Shown here piece by piece: positions 1 to 9,552 of a stretch of 35,538 nt of DNA; position 1 is the stretch's first letter; each line of letters opens with the position of its first letter. Under the pieces are notes generated by a model. That model was not told where the DNA came from, ran no database searches, and saw only the letters and a list, made by a program, of their open reading frames with translations. The position numbers and the translations under genes were made by a program. Source of the DNA: a virus (taxonomy: Duplodnaviria > Caudoviricetes); the IMG/VR virus record IMGVR_UViG_3300020042_002931, positions 1-35,538 of that record; one strand, given 5' to 3'.

Positions 1-2
1 AT

Positions 3-1190
3 AAATTTAATTTATTAGGTTCTGAAAGTAGATACTTTGTTATAACAGGTGGGCGTGGTTCTGGTAAGTCTTATTCTTTAAATTCATTTTTATTAGGATT
101 GACTTATGAAACAGGACACGTTATATTATTTACAAGATATACACTAACATCTGCATCTGTATCTATTATACCTGAATTTATAGATAAGATTGAAACAGCT
201 AATTTAAGTCACGATTTTTATATTACTAAAGATGAAGTCATAAATAGAAAAACAGGTTCTAAGATTCTATTTAAAGGTATTAAAACAAGCAGCGGAACAC
301 AAACGGCATCACTTAAATCTTTAGCAGGTGTTACAACTTGGGTATTAGATGAAGCAGAAGAATTAACAGATGAAGAAACATTTGAAAAAATAGACTTTAG
401 TATAAGAACAAAAGGAATACACAATAGAGTTTTATTAGTTTTAAATCCTGGAACAAAAGAACATTTTATATATAAAAAATTCTTTGAAGATAAAGGAGTA
501 CAAGACGGAAGCAATTTAATAAAAGGAGATACTACATATATTCACACAACATATTTAGATAATATAAATAATCTTTCTGAATCATTTATAAATCAAACAG
601 AGAATATAAAATTAAGAAGACCTGAAAAGTATAAACATCAAATATTAGGTGGATGGTTAGACAAAGCAGAAGGAGTTATATTTACTAACTGGACAATAGG
701 TAAGTACGAACAAGTAGGTAAGTCTATCTTTGGACAGGATTATGGATTTGCTGCAGACGCATCAACTTTAGTAGAATGTAATATAGATACAACAAACAAA
801 CGAATTTATATTAATGAAAGGTTTTATCTACACGGTTTAACTACTTCGCAGATATACCATTTAAACAGGCAACACGCAAATGATTGTTTAATAGTTGCTG
901 ATAGTGCTGAACCAAGATTGATAAGTGAATTAGCTTCATTAGGTTTAAATATAGTTCCTGCAATTAAAGGTCCTGATTCTGTTACTTATGGCATTAGTGT
1001 ATTGCAAGATTATGATTTGATAGTATCTCCTGAATCAATAAACTTAATTAAAGAATTAAACAATTATTGTTGGTTAGAAAAAAGGTCAAAAACTCCAATC
1101 GATGCACACAATCACCTATTAGACCCATTAAGATATTGCGTTACATATCAATTAGGGAATGCCAACAAAGGAAACTACTTTATATATTAA
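3..1190 (+). CDS. terL: Terminase large subunit, PBSX/Terminase_3-like (5'-truncated by window edge)
   Basis: Frame open from the window start with Walker A GGRGSGKS, Walker B WVLDEAEE, nuclease motifs GQDYGF and NHLLDPLRY; near-identical to 31442..32650. Confidence 0.93.
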   Translation, partial: KFNLLGSESRYFVITGGRGSGKSYSLNSFLLGLTYETGHVILFTRYTLTSASVSIIPEFIDKIETANLSHDFYITKDEVINRKTGSKILFKGIKTSSGTQTASLKSLAGVTTWVLDEAEELTDEETFEKIDFSIRTKGIHNRVLLVLNPGTKEHFIYKKFFEDKGVQDGSNLIKGDTTYIHTTYLDNINNLSESFINQTENIKLRRPEKYKHQILGGWLDKAEGVIFTNWTIGKYEQVGKSIFGQDYGFAADASTLVECNIDTTNKRIYINERFYLHGLTTSQIYHLNRQHANDCLIVADSAEPRLISELASLGLNIVPAIKGPDSVTYGISVLQDYDLIVSPESINLIKELNNYCWLEKRSKTPIDAHNHLLDPLRYCVTYQLGNANKGNYFIY

Positions 1191-1253
1191 TGTCGCAAAT
1201 TAATACTATACTTGCGACAAAGTAAACGATGGCGAAAACCTGACTTTTTAACT

Positions 1254-1403
1254 ATGACTTACGGACAAATGATTGCTACGATACAATGTTATTTACATCA
1301 CGTTAAGAATGTAGAAGTAATGATTAACCTACCAAGAAATATAGGCGAAATTAAAAAGATGCAGCAAATGTATTTAATAGCATCAGCTTATTTGAATAGT
1401 TAA
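1254..1403 (+). CDS. Small hypothetical protein (49 aa, MTYGQMIATIQCYLHH...)
   Basis: Conserved as an ORF of the same length in the second copy (32650..32799). Confidence 0.75.
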   Translation: MTYGQMIATIQCYLHHVKNVEVMINLPRNIGEIKKMQQMYLIASAYLNS

Positions 1404-1448
1404 ATATTTGTTAAATGTATTTTATTTAAAACATAAGTATTATATTTG
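1399..1448 (+). promoter_or_regulatory. Bacteroidota-type promoter (-7 box TATATTTG) with upstream tandem GTTAA boxes
   Basis: TAnnTTTG at 1441-1448; GTTAA at 1399 and 1410; ATG follows at 1471. Confidence 0.7.
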
Positions 1449-1470
1449 CTTATAATTAAAAACAAAAGCT

Positions 1471-1584
1471 ATGAATGAATATCCTTTAGAAGAATTAGAA
1501 AACGAATGTGCATATTGCGGAGAAGAATGTGAAAAGACTTATTGCAATAAAGAATGTAAAAAAGCATACGAATCAGAAAATTAA
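1471..1584 (+). CDS. 37-aa Cys-rich mini-protein (CxxC...CxxxC), possible zinc finger
   Basis: MNEYPLEELENECAYCGEECEKTYCNKECKKAYESEN, lying between a promoter and a terminator. Confidence 0.65.
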   Translation: MNEYPLEELENECAYCGEECEKTYCNKECKKAYESEN

Positions 1585-1611
1585 ATTAGGTTAGTTATAT
1601 TTGGTTAAATT

Positions 1612-1640
1612 AGGTACATAGAAATATGTGCCTTTTTTTT
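1612..1640 (+). terminator. Intrinsic terminator
   Basis: AGGTACATA-GAAA-TATGTGCCT plus T-run; copy 2 has compensatory changes (AGGTGTGCA-GAAA-TGTACGCCT). Confidence 0.85.
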
Positions 1641-1647
1641 GTTTAAT

Positions 1648-1670
1648 ACAATTACAACTTTATTTTATTA
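1648..1670 (+). promoter_or_regulatory. Putative late promoter ACAA-N13-TTATTA
   Basis: Same boxes and 13-nt spacing at 8684, 9512, 12736, 31119 and 33134. Confidence 0.6.
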
Positions 1671-1687
1671 TTATCAAAAACAATAAT

Positions 1688-2371
1688 ATGAAGTTAGAAA
1701 TTAGCATACCTACTGAACTAAAAGAAATTAAGTTAGCACAATATCAAGCATTCTTAAAGATAGCCAAAGATAATGAAGATGCAGAATTTCTACATCAAAA
1801 GATGGTACAAACATTTTGCGGAATAGATTTAAAAGAAGTTGCAGAAATAAGATATAAAGATGTAGTTGAAATAACAAACTCTTTAGGTAAAATGTTTGAT
1901 GTTAAAAACCATAAGTTTATAAATAAATTTAAAATGGGTGGAGTTGAATTTGGTTTCATTCCTAATTTAGATGATATGACCTTTGGTGAATATACAGATT
2001 TAGATACATATATAACAGACTGGGAACAGATGCATAAAGCAATGGCAGTATTATATAGACCAATTAAAAAGAATGGCTTAAATGGCACGTATGACATTGA
2101 AAAGTATAATGGTTCAATAACATATAGTGATGTAATGAAACACGCACCGCTTGATGTTGTATTTGGTGCAAATGTTTTTTTTTACACTTTAGGCAACGAA
2201 CTATTGAAAAGTACGATGACTTATTTGGAGAACAACAAGGAGATTCAGACTATTCTGCATCAGCACAATTTGGAAAAAGATGGGGATGGTATAGTTCAAT
2301 CTATGCTATTGCTCAAGGAGACCTTATCCAATTTGATAGAGTTACCGAATTACCAATTAACCAATGTTTAA
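1688..2371 (+). CDS. Putative tail assembly chaperone (G-like), zero-frame product
   Basis: ATG at 1688 (MKLEISIPTEL); T9 slippery run at 2175-2183; lies upstream of tail genes; conserved in copy 2. Confidence 0.65.
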   Translation: MKLEISIPTELKEIKLAQYQAFLKIAKDNEDAEFLHQKMVQTFCGIDLKEVAEIRYKDVVEITNSLGKMFDVKNHKFINKFKMGGVEFGFIPNLDDMTFGEYTDLDTYITDWEQMHKAMAVLYRPIKKNGLNGTYDIEKYNGSITYSDVMKHAPLDVVFGANVFFYTLGNELLKSTMTYLENNKEIQTILHQHNLEKDGDGIVQSMLLLKETLSNLIELPNYQLTNV

Positions 2372-2436
2372 CATATCTAACATTTGAGAAACAAAAGAAT
2401 CAAATAGAATCAGATTTAATAAAGAAAAATAAATGA
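2176..2436 (+). CDS. -1 frameshift extension (GT-like): ...LHFRQRTIEKYDDLFGE...FGKRWGWYSSIYAIAQGD...IKKNK
   Basis: Open -1 frame from the T TTT TTT heptamer to a TGA overlapping the next ATG; also open and conserved in copy 2. Confidence 0.7.
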   Translation, partial: FFLHFRQRTIEKYDDLFGEQQGDSDYSASAQFGKRWGWYSSIYAIAQGDLIQFDRVTELPINQCLTYLTFEKQKNQIESDLIKKNK

Positions 2437-2888
2437 GTACATTTTACGAAATAACGCAGGTAATAAAAAACAAACTACAAGAAGATTTGTTTGTCAATAC
2501 AGTTACAACTGGTGATATATTTAAAGTTGATTTAAACAAGCAAACTATATTCCCTTTAAGTCATATCATTGTAAATTCAGTTTCATATCAAGGTGCTGTA
2601 TTGAATTATAACATATCTATTTTAAGTATGGATATTGTAGATGAAAGTAAAAGTTTAACTACAGATATATTTATAGGTAACGATAACGAACAAGACGTTT
2701 TAAATACACAATTAGCAGTAGCAAATAGATTTTTAGAAGTATTAAGTCGTGGTGCATTAGCTGAAGATTATGAGTTAGTAAATGGTTCTGCATCAATAGA
2801 ATTTTTTGTAGAAAGATTTGAAAATAAATTAGCAGGAGTTACAACTACATTTGATATTGCAATACAAAATCCGATGACTAAATGTTAG
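2433..2888 (+). CDS. Putative tail terminator/completion protein
   Basis: 151 aa; size and position in the tail module; function inferred only. Confidence 0.45.
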   Translation: MSTFYEITQVIKNKLQEDLFVNTVTTGDIFKVDLNKQTIFPLSHIIVNSVSYQGAVLNYNISILSMDIVDESKSLTTDIFIGNDNEQDVLNTQLAVANRFLEVLSRGALAEDYELVNGSASIEFFVERFENKLAGVTTTFDIAIQNPMTKC

Positions 2889-3412
2889 AAGTTGAAAAAG
2901 TTATAACAAAGTTTCGTGATTATGTTATACAGCAATCAAGAAGTAATTTGTCAAAGTCAAGTAAAAACAATTCTAAAGCATTATATAATAGTTTAAAGGG
3001 CGAAGTAGTAACTGAAAACAATTATACTATTGTAGGGTTTCAAATGGCAGATTATGGTACGTTTGTAGATTTAGGTGTTAAAGGTAAAACAAGTTCTAAT
3101 AAAGCACCTAACAGTCCTTATAAGTTTGGTTCAGGTACAGGAAGAAAAGGCGGTTTAACTCAAGGAATAAATCAATGGGTTAAACAAAAAGGGTTTCAAT
3201 TTCGTGATAGAAAATCAGGTAGGTTTTTAAGTTATGAATCAACAGCTTATTTAATTACACGTTCAATATTTCAAAAAGGAATTAAACCAAGTTTGTTTTT
3301 TACAAAACCATTTGAAGCGGGTTACAAAAAATACATAGACGTAGATTTAATAAAAGCATTTGGACAAGATATAGAAACAATGGTAGATTATAATTTAAAA
3401 GATATAAAATGA
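2882..3412 (+). CDS. Putative neck/tail-completion protein (HK97 gp10-like)
   Basis: Basic 176 aa with LYNSL...YGTFVDLGVKG...KGIKPSLFFTKPF pattern typical of virion morphogenesis proteins. Confidence 0.5.
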   Translation: MLEVEKVITKFRDYVIQQSRSNLSKSSKNNSKALYNSLKGEVVTENNYTIVGFQMADYGTFVDLGVKGKTSSNKAPNSPYKFGSGTGRKGGLTQGINQWVKQKGFQFRDRKSGRFLSYESTAYLITRSIFQKGIKPSLFFTKPFEAGYKKYIDVDLIKAFGQDIETMVDYNLKDIK

Positions 3413-3573
3413 ATATAGTGAAAATTTATATAACTGATAACGATTTTGTTAAAAGTTTTACGATTGAAAGCGAAAATGTAATTGACTCAAGTCAATATGT
3501 AATTTTATGGAGTTGCAAAGAAGAAATATATATAGATGAAGAATTAATTGATACAAAATATCATACAATATGA
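3409..3573 (+). CDS. Hypothetical protein (54 aa, MNIVKIYITDND...)
   Basis: ATGA-coupled at both ends; conserved in copy 2 (34903..35064). Confidence 0.7.
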   Translation: MNIVKIYITDNDFVKSFTIESENVIDSSQYVILWSCKEEIYIDEELIDTKYHTI

Positions 3574-4688
3574 AAGTAGTTAAAGTAAGAAGTCCATTTA
3601 TAATCGAAGTAAATGAATCAGGTGCAATAGGAAGTAAAGTTGAATTATTTATTTATAATTATGGCGGTTCAGTTCCTGCAACTCCTACATATACATTATC
3701 AAAACCAAATCCAAGCACAACACAATTAAGCACATCCTATAATGTTTCTAATTATGTTAAAGAATATATAGATAACATAAAAGCTATTTATCCAAATTAT
3801 TATGCCGGTAATGAGGTAGTAAACGAATGGGCATTATTTAGAGTAAAAAGATATAAATTAGTAGGAACTACATATACGCTTTTAGATACTATAGATTATG
3901 TAGGTGTAAATGCTTTCACTAATTATTCAGACGGAATACAAAACCCAAGTGATACTAAAATAAGTATTTTAACAAATACAAATATAAATAAAACGTATTA
4001 TTCACAAGCTACATATCCAAATGATTTAATTCAATATGTAAATTTATTAATAGACAAAACAACAACTACAACAACTATTGTAAATATAAAATATGAAAGA
4101 ATTGATGGAGTTTATTCTTATAATAATAATTCAGATATTTTAGTCGGTTACTCAGGAATATTCAATGTGAAAATACCAATTACCTTAGCTAAAATAGATA
4201 ACAATTTTATAAATAGTTGTAAAGTTACAATTACATACACTCCAGCAAGTGGAAGTTCTATAATACAATCGTTTTATACATACCCAGTAGAAGAATGTAA
4301 ATACACTCCTGTACTTTGTGATTTTATAAATAGATATGGTGGGTGGGAAACTATTACTTTTTTTAAAGCACAAACAAACGCTATAAGCGTAAAAGGTTCA
4401 GAATATAATTTACTACCTTCTGCAATTAATTATAATGTAAATAAAGGACAAAGTAAAGTTTTTAATATAAACGGAACACAAACAGTTAAATTAAATACAG
4501 GTTGGGTTGATGAAAATTACAATGAATTAATAACTGATTTGTTATTAAGCGAAACTGTTTTATTAGATAACAAACCTGTAAAAGTTAAAACACAATCACA
4601 TACTTTTAAAACACAATTAAAAGATAAAATGATAAACTTTGAATTAGACTTTGAATATTCATTTGATTTAATAAATAATGTTATATGA
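3570..4688 (+). CDS. Putative tail tip/distal tail protein
   Basis: 372 aa, beta-rich, FINRYGGWETITF motif; located in the tail module. Confidence 0.5.
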   Translation: MKVVKVRSPFIIEVNESGAIGSKVELFIYNYGGSVPATPTYTLSKPNPSTTQLSTSYNVSNYVKEYIDNIKAIYPNYYAGNEVVNEWALFRVKRYKLVGTTYTLLDTIDYVGVNAFTNYSDGIQNPSDTKISILTNTNINKTYYSQATYPNDLIQYVNLLIDKTTTTTTIVNIKYERIDGVYSYNNNSDILVGYSGIFNVKIPITLAKIDNNFINSCKVTITYTPASGSSIIQSFYTYPVEECKYTPVLCDFINRYGGWETITFFKAQTNAISVKGSEYNLLPSAINYNVNKGQSKVFNINGTQTVKLNTGWVDENYNELITDLLLSETVLLDNKPVKVKTQSHTFKTQLKDKMINFELDFEYSFDLINNVI

Positions 4689-6712
4689 TAGTAGTAGGAA
4701 TATATATAAAGAATTTATCTACATTAAAATATGATAGGGTAGAATTATTTAACGATGAAAAAATATCTGTAACAAGTTCTATTCAAAACATAAATGATAT
4801 ATCTAAAACCTTTACTGATTTTAGCCAAACATTTACAGTTCCAGCTACTAAAAATAATAATAAAATTTTTAAACATTGGTATGAAAATTCTTTAGACACG
4901 CAATTTACTACTTTAACAAAAGCAGACGCATATATTGAACTTGATACAATACCTTTTAGAGTTGGTAAAATACAACTTGAAAGTTGCGATATTAAAAACA
5001 ATGAAGCACAAAGTTATTCAATTACTTTTATAGGTAATTTAGGAAACTTAAAAGATAAATTTGCAGGTTTATTTTTAAAAGATTTAGACACTACTGACTA
5101 TGATATTTCATATACAGCTAATATTGTAAAAGATAAAGTGGTAACAACAGCAGCAAGTGCAGATGTAATGTTTCCTTTAATATCTTCAAATAGATATTGG
5201 AATTATGGTGCTGGTGGAGATAATGATATTACTGTAAATTCACATCCAATAAGATATAATGAATTGTTTCCTGCAGTAAGGTTAAAAACAATTTTTAATA
5301 TGATTGAAGATAAATTCAACGTTAATTTACAAGGAACAACTCAAAATCCAAGTACTTTTTTAGCAGATGCAAGGTTTACAAATGCTTATTTATATTTAAA
5401 AAATGCAGATAGTTTTATTTTAAAAAGTTCACCAAACTTAATAACTTGGGATACTAAAACAACTGCTAATTATTTTGATATTAATTTAACCAATGATACT
5501 TGGCGTTCAACTATAACAGATGAAACTTTAACTGCCGATGATTTTGTGGGACAATTTGCTTTTATTCGCCTTCAATTTACAGTTGTAGGTTTGCCATATA
5601 GTCTTGTTACTTATAAAAACGGAGTTGAAATTTTAAGACAATCTTTTACTACTGTTTCAGATACTGGTAAAATTTATTTAGCAAATGATTTTAACACTAC
5701 TGATATTTATAATGTTAGTATTGTAGCAAACGAGGTTGTTACATTTAATGCTTTTTTACTTTTAGAAACACAATTTGACGACCCAATATCAGGACCGTTT
5801 GTGATTTCTGATGATGCTTTAAAAAATACAAATCAAACTACTGTTACTGCTAAATTATCTTTAAATTCTTATTTTCCCGAAATAAAAATAGAAGATTTCT
5901 TTAGTGGTGTTTTAAAAATGTTTAACCTTACTTGCTTTTCAAGTGATGGAATAAATTACACAATAGATACTTTAGAAAATTTTTACACTATAGGTACTAT
6001 AATAGATTTAACAAAATATATTAAAACAGATGCTACAAATTTAACAAGAGTAAAATCATATAAGAAAATAAATTTTTTATATGAAAAATCAGAATCCTTA
6101 GTTAATGTAGGTTTTCTTTCTGCTAATAATATTGAATATGGAAATCTATTATACACTACAAATAATGATGGAGAAGAATATTCAATTAAATTGCCTTTTG
6201 AAGATTTAAACTTTAACAACTTAAAAGACAAATTACAAGTTGGATATGCTTTAAAAACAGACTTACAAAAATATATACCAAAGCCAATAATTTTATATGA
6301 TTATAATCCAGCATCACTAACCGCTTTAACTGCTACAACTTTTCATTTTTCAAATGTAACAAGTGGAACAGGAACAGCACACACATCTTACAAAGCATTT
6401 GGGCAAGAATTATTAACAGGTGGAATTACTTATTCATTAAATTTTCCTGCTCAACAAAGTACATTAACAAATGTAGTTATAGATAATAGTTTATATCAAA
6501 CTTATTATTCAAATTACATAGGCAATATATTTAACTATAGAGCACGATTAATTAAAGTTAGTGGTATATTACCAACATCACTATTAACGTCTCTTAAATT
6601 AAACAATAGACTTATAATAAGAGACAAACGATACATTATAAATTCTTTTACAACTGATTTAACAACAGGCGAAGCATCATTTGAATTACTAACTGATTTA
6701 AGAACATTATGA
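4685..6712 (+). CDS. Putative tail tip/baseplate hub protein
   Basis: 675 aa with N-terminal FSQTFTVPATKNNNKIF motif; directly before the tape measure gene. Confidence 0.55.
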   Translation: MIVVGIYIKNLSTLKYDRVELFNDEKISVTSSIQNINDISKTFTDFSQTFTVPATKNNNKIFKHWYENSLDTQFTTLTKADAYIELDTIPFRVGKIQLESCDIKNNEAQSYSITFIGNLGNLKDKFAGLFLKDLDTTDYDISYTANIVKDKVVTTAASADVMFPLISSNRYWNYGAGGDNDITVNSHPIRYNELFPAVRLKTIFNMIEDKFNVNLQGTTQNPSTFLADARFTNAYLYLKNADSFILKSSPNLITWDTKTTANYFDINLTNDTWRSTITDETLTADDFVGQFAFIRLQFTVVGLPYSLVTYKNGVEILRQSFTTVSDTGKIYLANDFNTTDIYNVSIVANEVVTFNAFLLLETQFDDPISGPFVISDDALKNTNQTTVTAKLSLNSYFPEIKIEDFFSGVLKMFNLTCFSSDGINYTIDTLENFYTIGTIIDLTKYIKTDATNLTRVKSYKKINFLYEKSESLVNVGFLSANNIEYGNLLYTTNNDGEEYSIKLPFEDLNFNNLKDKLQVGYALKTDLQKYIPKPIILYDYNPASLTALTATTFHFSNVTSGTGTAHTSYKAFGQELLTGGITYSLNFPAQQSTLTNVVIDNSLYQTYYSNYIGNIFNYRARLIKVSGILPTSLLTSLKLNNRLIIRDKRYIINSFTTDLTTGEASFELLTDLRTL

Positions 6713-6855
6713 TAAAACAAATTTTAGAATTATTATCACTACACGAACATTACGGACAAAGTGAAGTTATAGAAATAGCAAAAGGAAAATATCAATTAGT
6801 AAAAACTTGGAAGCAAGGATTTGAACAAATAAAAAGACAATGGAAAATAAAATAG
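6709..6855 (+). CDS. Small hypothetical protein (48 aa, MIKQILELL...IEIAKGKYQL)
   Basis: Fills the gap and overlaps both neighbours. Confidence 0.6.
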   Translation: MIKQILELLSLHEHYGQSEVIEIAKGKYQLVKTWKQGFEQIKRQWKIK

Positions 6856-8678
6856 TTACGTTAAAAATAGAAAGCAATTTAGATAGCATAACTAAAGATG
6901 TTAAAAAATTAGGTAATAGTTTTGAAGATACTGCTGACGAAATAAAAGGCATACAGCAATCAACTAAAAGTGCTGAAGCAGGAGTTAAATCTTTGGCTGA
7001 TGGATTTAAAGGAATGGGTCTTGCTATAAAAGCCATTGGTATTGGTTTGGTAATGGAAGCATTTAATTTATTCAAAGAAGTATTAGGTAAGAATCAAAAA
7101 GTTGTAGATACTTTTAATACTGTTATTGGTGCTTTATCTATTGCATTTAATGATTTGTTTGGATTTGTTTTTGATAACTTTCCATCTGTAGTAACTCTAT
7201 TTAAAGATGTATTTGAAAATCCAACTAAATATTTAAAAAAGTTTGGCGATTTAATTCAAGAGAATTTAATTGAAAGATTTAACTCGTTTTTAGATACAGT
7301 TGGATATTTAGGTGAAGCATTAAAAAATGTATTTGCAGGTGAATTTGATGCTGCAATGGAATCTGTTAAAAAAGCAGGTAAAGAATCTTTAGATGTTTTA
7401 ACAGGTGTTAATGATTCATTTGATAGAGGTAAAAAAATAGTTGGTGATGCTGCTGATGCAATAGCAAATTATGCGGTTAAAACTTTTAAAGCATCTGAAG
7501 CAAATATTAATCTTCAAAATTCTGCTTTAATAGCAGCTGCTCAACAAGCTAAATTAGTTGAACAATATGATAGACAAGCAGAAAGTTTAAGACAAATAAG
7601 AGACAATGATTTATTATCTATTTCAGACAGAATAAAAGCTAATGATAAATTAAAAGTCACATTAGAAAAACAAGAAGCAGCTATGCTTAAAGCTGCAAAT
7701 TTACAAAAAGATGCTGCAGCAGCAACCTATAATCTTAATAAAACAACTGAAAATAGAGTAGCATTAATAAATGCTGAAGCAAATGTAGAAGGTGTATTAG
7801 CACAAATTAAAGGTTTAAAAAGTGAACAACTTGCAAATGAAAATTCTTTAACAAAAGAATCTAATGATTTATTACAAAGTCAAATAGATACTAAAAACGA
7901 ATTAAATGTAAAATCAAAACAATTTGATGCAGAACAACAAACTAATGAATTAACAAAATTAGAAAAGCAAAAAGAAGTTATAATATTACAACAAGAAATA
8001 GACCTTGCAGAATTAGAACGTAAAAGAAAATTATATGCTGATGGAACACAAGCAAGAGTAGACGCTGAAAATGAATTTTTAATTAAAAAGAAAGATACTG
8101 ATAATGCTTTAATTACTAATTCAAAAGCTACTGAAGATAAAATAATTACTGATAAAAAAGCTGCTGAAGATGCAAAAAGAAATATAAATTCTATTGCAAT
8201 ACAATCTGCTCAAGGATTAGTAGGAATATTAGCTGGATTAGGAGAAAAAAATAAAAAATTACAAAAGGCAGCTTTAATTGCAAACGGTGCTTTATCTATT
8301 GCTGAAATTATAAATAATACAAATGTAGGTTCATCTAAAGAAATAGCGACAAAAGGTATATTTGGATTAAGTACATCAGCAGTTTTATATGCTAAAATGG
8401 CTATAAGTATTGGTTCTGTTATTGCTGCTACTGCAAAAGGATTAGGTGCTTTAGGCGGTGGTTCTGCTGCAAGCGCTGGAGGTGGTGAAGGTGGCGGTGG
8501 TGGTACAGCTCCTGCTGCTCCTTCATTTAACGTAGTAGGTGCAAGTTCTACAAATCAATTAGCACAAACAATAGGCAATCAACAACAACAACCGATACAA
8601 GCGTATGTAGTAGCAAATAATGTTACAACAGCACAAGCATTGGATAGAAATATAATACAATCTGCAAGTATAGGTTAA
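6840..8678 (+). CDS. Tape measure protein
   Basis: 612 aa Ala/Lys/Glu-rich helical protein with hydrophobic stretches and a Gly-rich linker near the C-terminus. Confidence 0.75.
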   Translation: MENKIVTLKIESNLDSITKDVKKLGNSFEDTADEIKGIQQSTKSAEAGVKSLADGFKGMGLAIKAIGIGLVMEAFNLFKEVLGKNQKVVDTFNTVIGALSIAFNDLFGFVFDNFPSVVTLFKDVFENPTKYLKKFGDLIQENLIERFNSFLDTVGYLGEALKNVFAGEFDAAMESVKKAGKESLDVLTGVNDSFDRGKKIVGDAADAIANYAVKTFKASEANINLQNSALIAAAQQAKLVEQYDRQAESLRQIRDNDLLSISDRIKANDKLKVTLEKQEAAMLKAANLQKDAAAATYNLNKTTENRVALINAEANVEGVLAQIKGLKSEQLANENSLTKESNDLLQSQIDTKNELNVKSKQFDAEQQTNELTKLEKQKEVIILQQEIDLAELERKRKLYADGTQARVDAENEFLIKKKDTDNALITNSKATEDKIITDKKAAEDAKRNINSIAIQSAQGLVGILAGLGEKNKKLQKAALIANGALSIAEIINNTNVGSSKEIATKGIFGLSTSAVLYAKMAISIGSVIAATAKGLGALGGGSAASAGGGEGGGGGTAPAAPSFNVVGASSTNQLAQTIGNQQQQPIQAYVVANNVTTAQALDRNIIQSASIG

Positions 8679-8683
8679 TTAAA

Positions 8684-8706
8684 ACAAATATAAATTAAAT
8701 TAATTA
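8684..8706 (+). promoter_or_regulatory. Putative late promoter ACAA-N13-TAATTA
   Basis: Fixed-spacing motif upstream of the protease gene. Confidence 0.6.
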
Positions 8707-8724
8707 TAATTAAAAAAATATAAG

Positions 8725-9315
8725 ATGCGTATAGTAGAATTAGTAATAGACGAAAACGAAGATTTAAACGGAATAGAAGCAGTTTCAATAGTAGAATTTC
8801 CTGCAATAGAATCTAACTTTATTGCATTAAGCGAACATTTAGAACTTGCGAAAGTAGATGACGAAAAAAAGATTTTAATGGGGGCTGCATTAATTCCAAA
8901 TAAAAATATTTACAGACGAAATGGCGAAGATGAATATTATATTTTCTTTTCAGAAGATACAGTAAGACACGCAAGTGAATTATTCTTAATGAATAGCAAT
9001 CAAAACAATGCTACATTAGAACACGATAAAAAGTTAAAAGATTTAACTGTAGTTGAAAGTTGGATAGTTGAAGATGTAGATATGGATAAGTCTAAAAAGT
9101 ATGGCTTAAATGCACCCGTAGGCACTTGGATGGTATCTATGAAAGTAAACAATGAAGTTATATGGAATGACTTTGTTAAAACAGGAAAAGTAAAGGGCTT
9201 TAGCATCGAAGGATATTTTTCAGACAAATTAGAAATGAGTTTAGAAGTTGCAAAAGAACAAGAATTAATAGAAAAAATTAAATCAATAATAACTAATGCT
9301 GAAATTAATAAATAA
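8725..9315 (+). CDS. Putative prohead protease, XkdF-like
   Basis: GAALIPN, TLEH, VESW, GTWM and GKVKGFSIEG motifs characteristic of XkdF-like phage serine proteases. Confidence 0.75.
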   Translation: MRIVELVIDENEDLNGIEAVSIVEFPAIESNFIALSEHLELAKVDDEKKILMGAALIPNKNIYRRNGEDEYYIFFSEDTVRHASELFLMNSNQNNATLEHDKKLKDLTVVESWIVEDVDMDKSKKYGLNAPVGTWMVSMKVNNEVIWNDFVKTGKVKGFSIEGYFSDKLEMSLEVAKEQELIEKIKSIITNAEINK

Positions 9316-9319
9316 AATT

Positions 9320-9505
9320 ATGGGAAATAAAACAAGTTCGCCAAAAGGTGGTAAAAGAGGTTGTCTATGTAAAGACGGAAAGTATGATTCAAAATGTTGT
9401 AACGGAGAATTACAAGAACAAGGTATTGGTTCTACAGTAGCACAACAATCAAGTACAGTTACAAACACAAATACTGCAAGAGTTATAACAAGTGTAAGTT
9501 CGTAA
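9320..9505 (+). CDS. Small Cys-rich protein (GCLC...KCC)
   Basis: ATG at 9320 after an A-rich leader; lies in the head module. Confidence 0.6.
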   Translation: MGNKTSSPKGGKRGCLCKDGKYDSKCCNGELQEQGIGSTVAQQSSTVTNTNTARVITSVSS

Positions 9506-9511
9506 TTTATA

Positions 9512-9534
9512 ACAAAAATAAATAATAATAATTA
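9512..9534 (+). promoter_or_regulatory. Putative late promoter ACAA-N13-TAATTA
   Basis: Fixed-spacing motif upstream of the 137-aa/scaffold/capsid genes. Confidence 0.55.
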
Positions 9535-9552
9535 ATACTAAAAAATAAAATT

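Larger units (their letters stand above)
1..4048. repeat. Copy 1 of a diverged ~4 kb direct repeat (terL to tail-gene region)
   Basis: Bases from position 1 (ataaatttaatttattaggttctgaaagtagatac...) recur at 31461; the same gene series follows with many substitutions; the right end is approximate. Confidence 0.95.

Noticed and set aside
1628-1687. Upstream starts given in the ORF track for 1628, 33102, 22949, 20027, 30855, 9296, 1212 and 31147
   Set aside because: They begin within terminators, promoters or upstream genes; downstream ATGs with A-rich leaders are more plausible.
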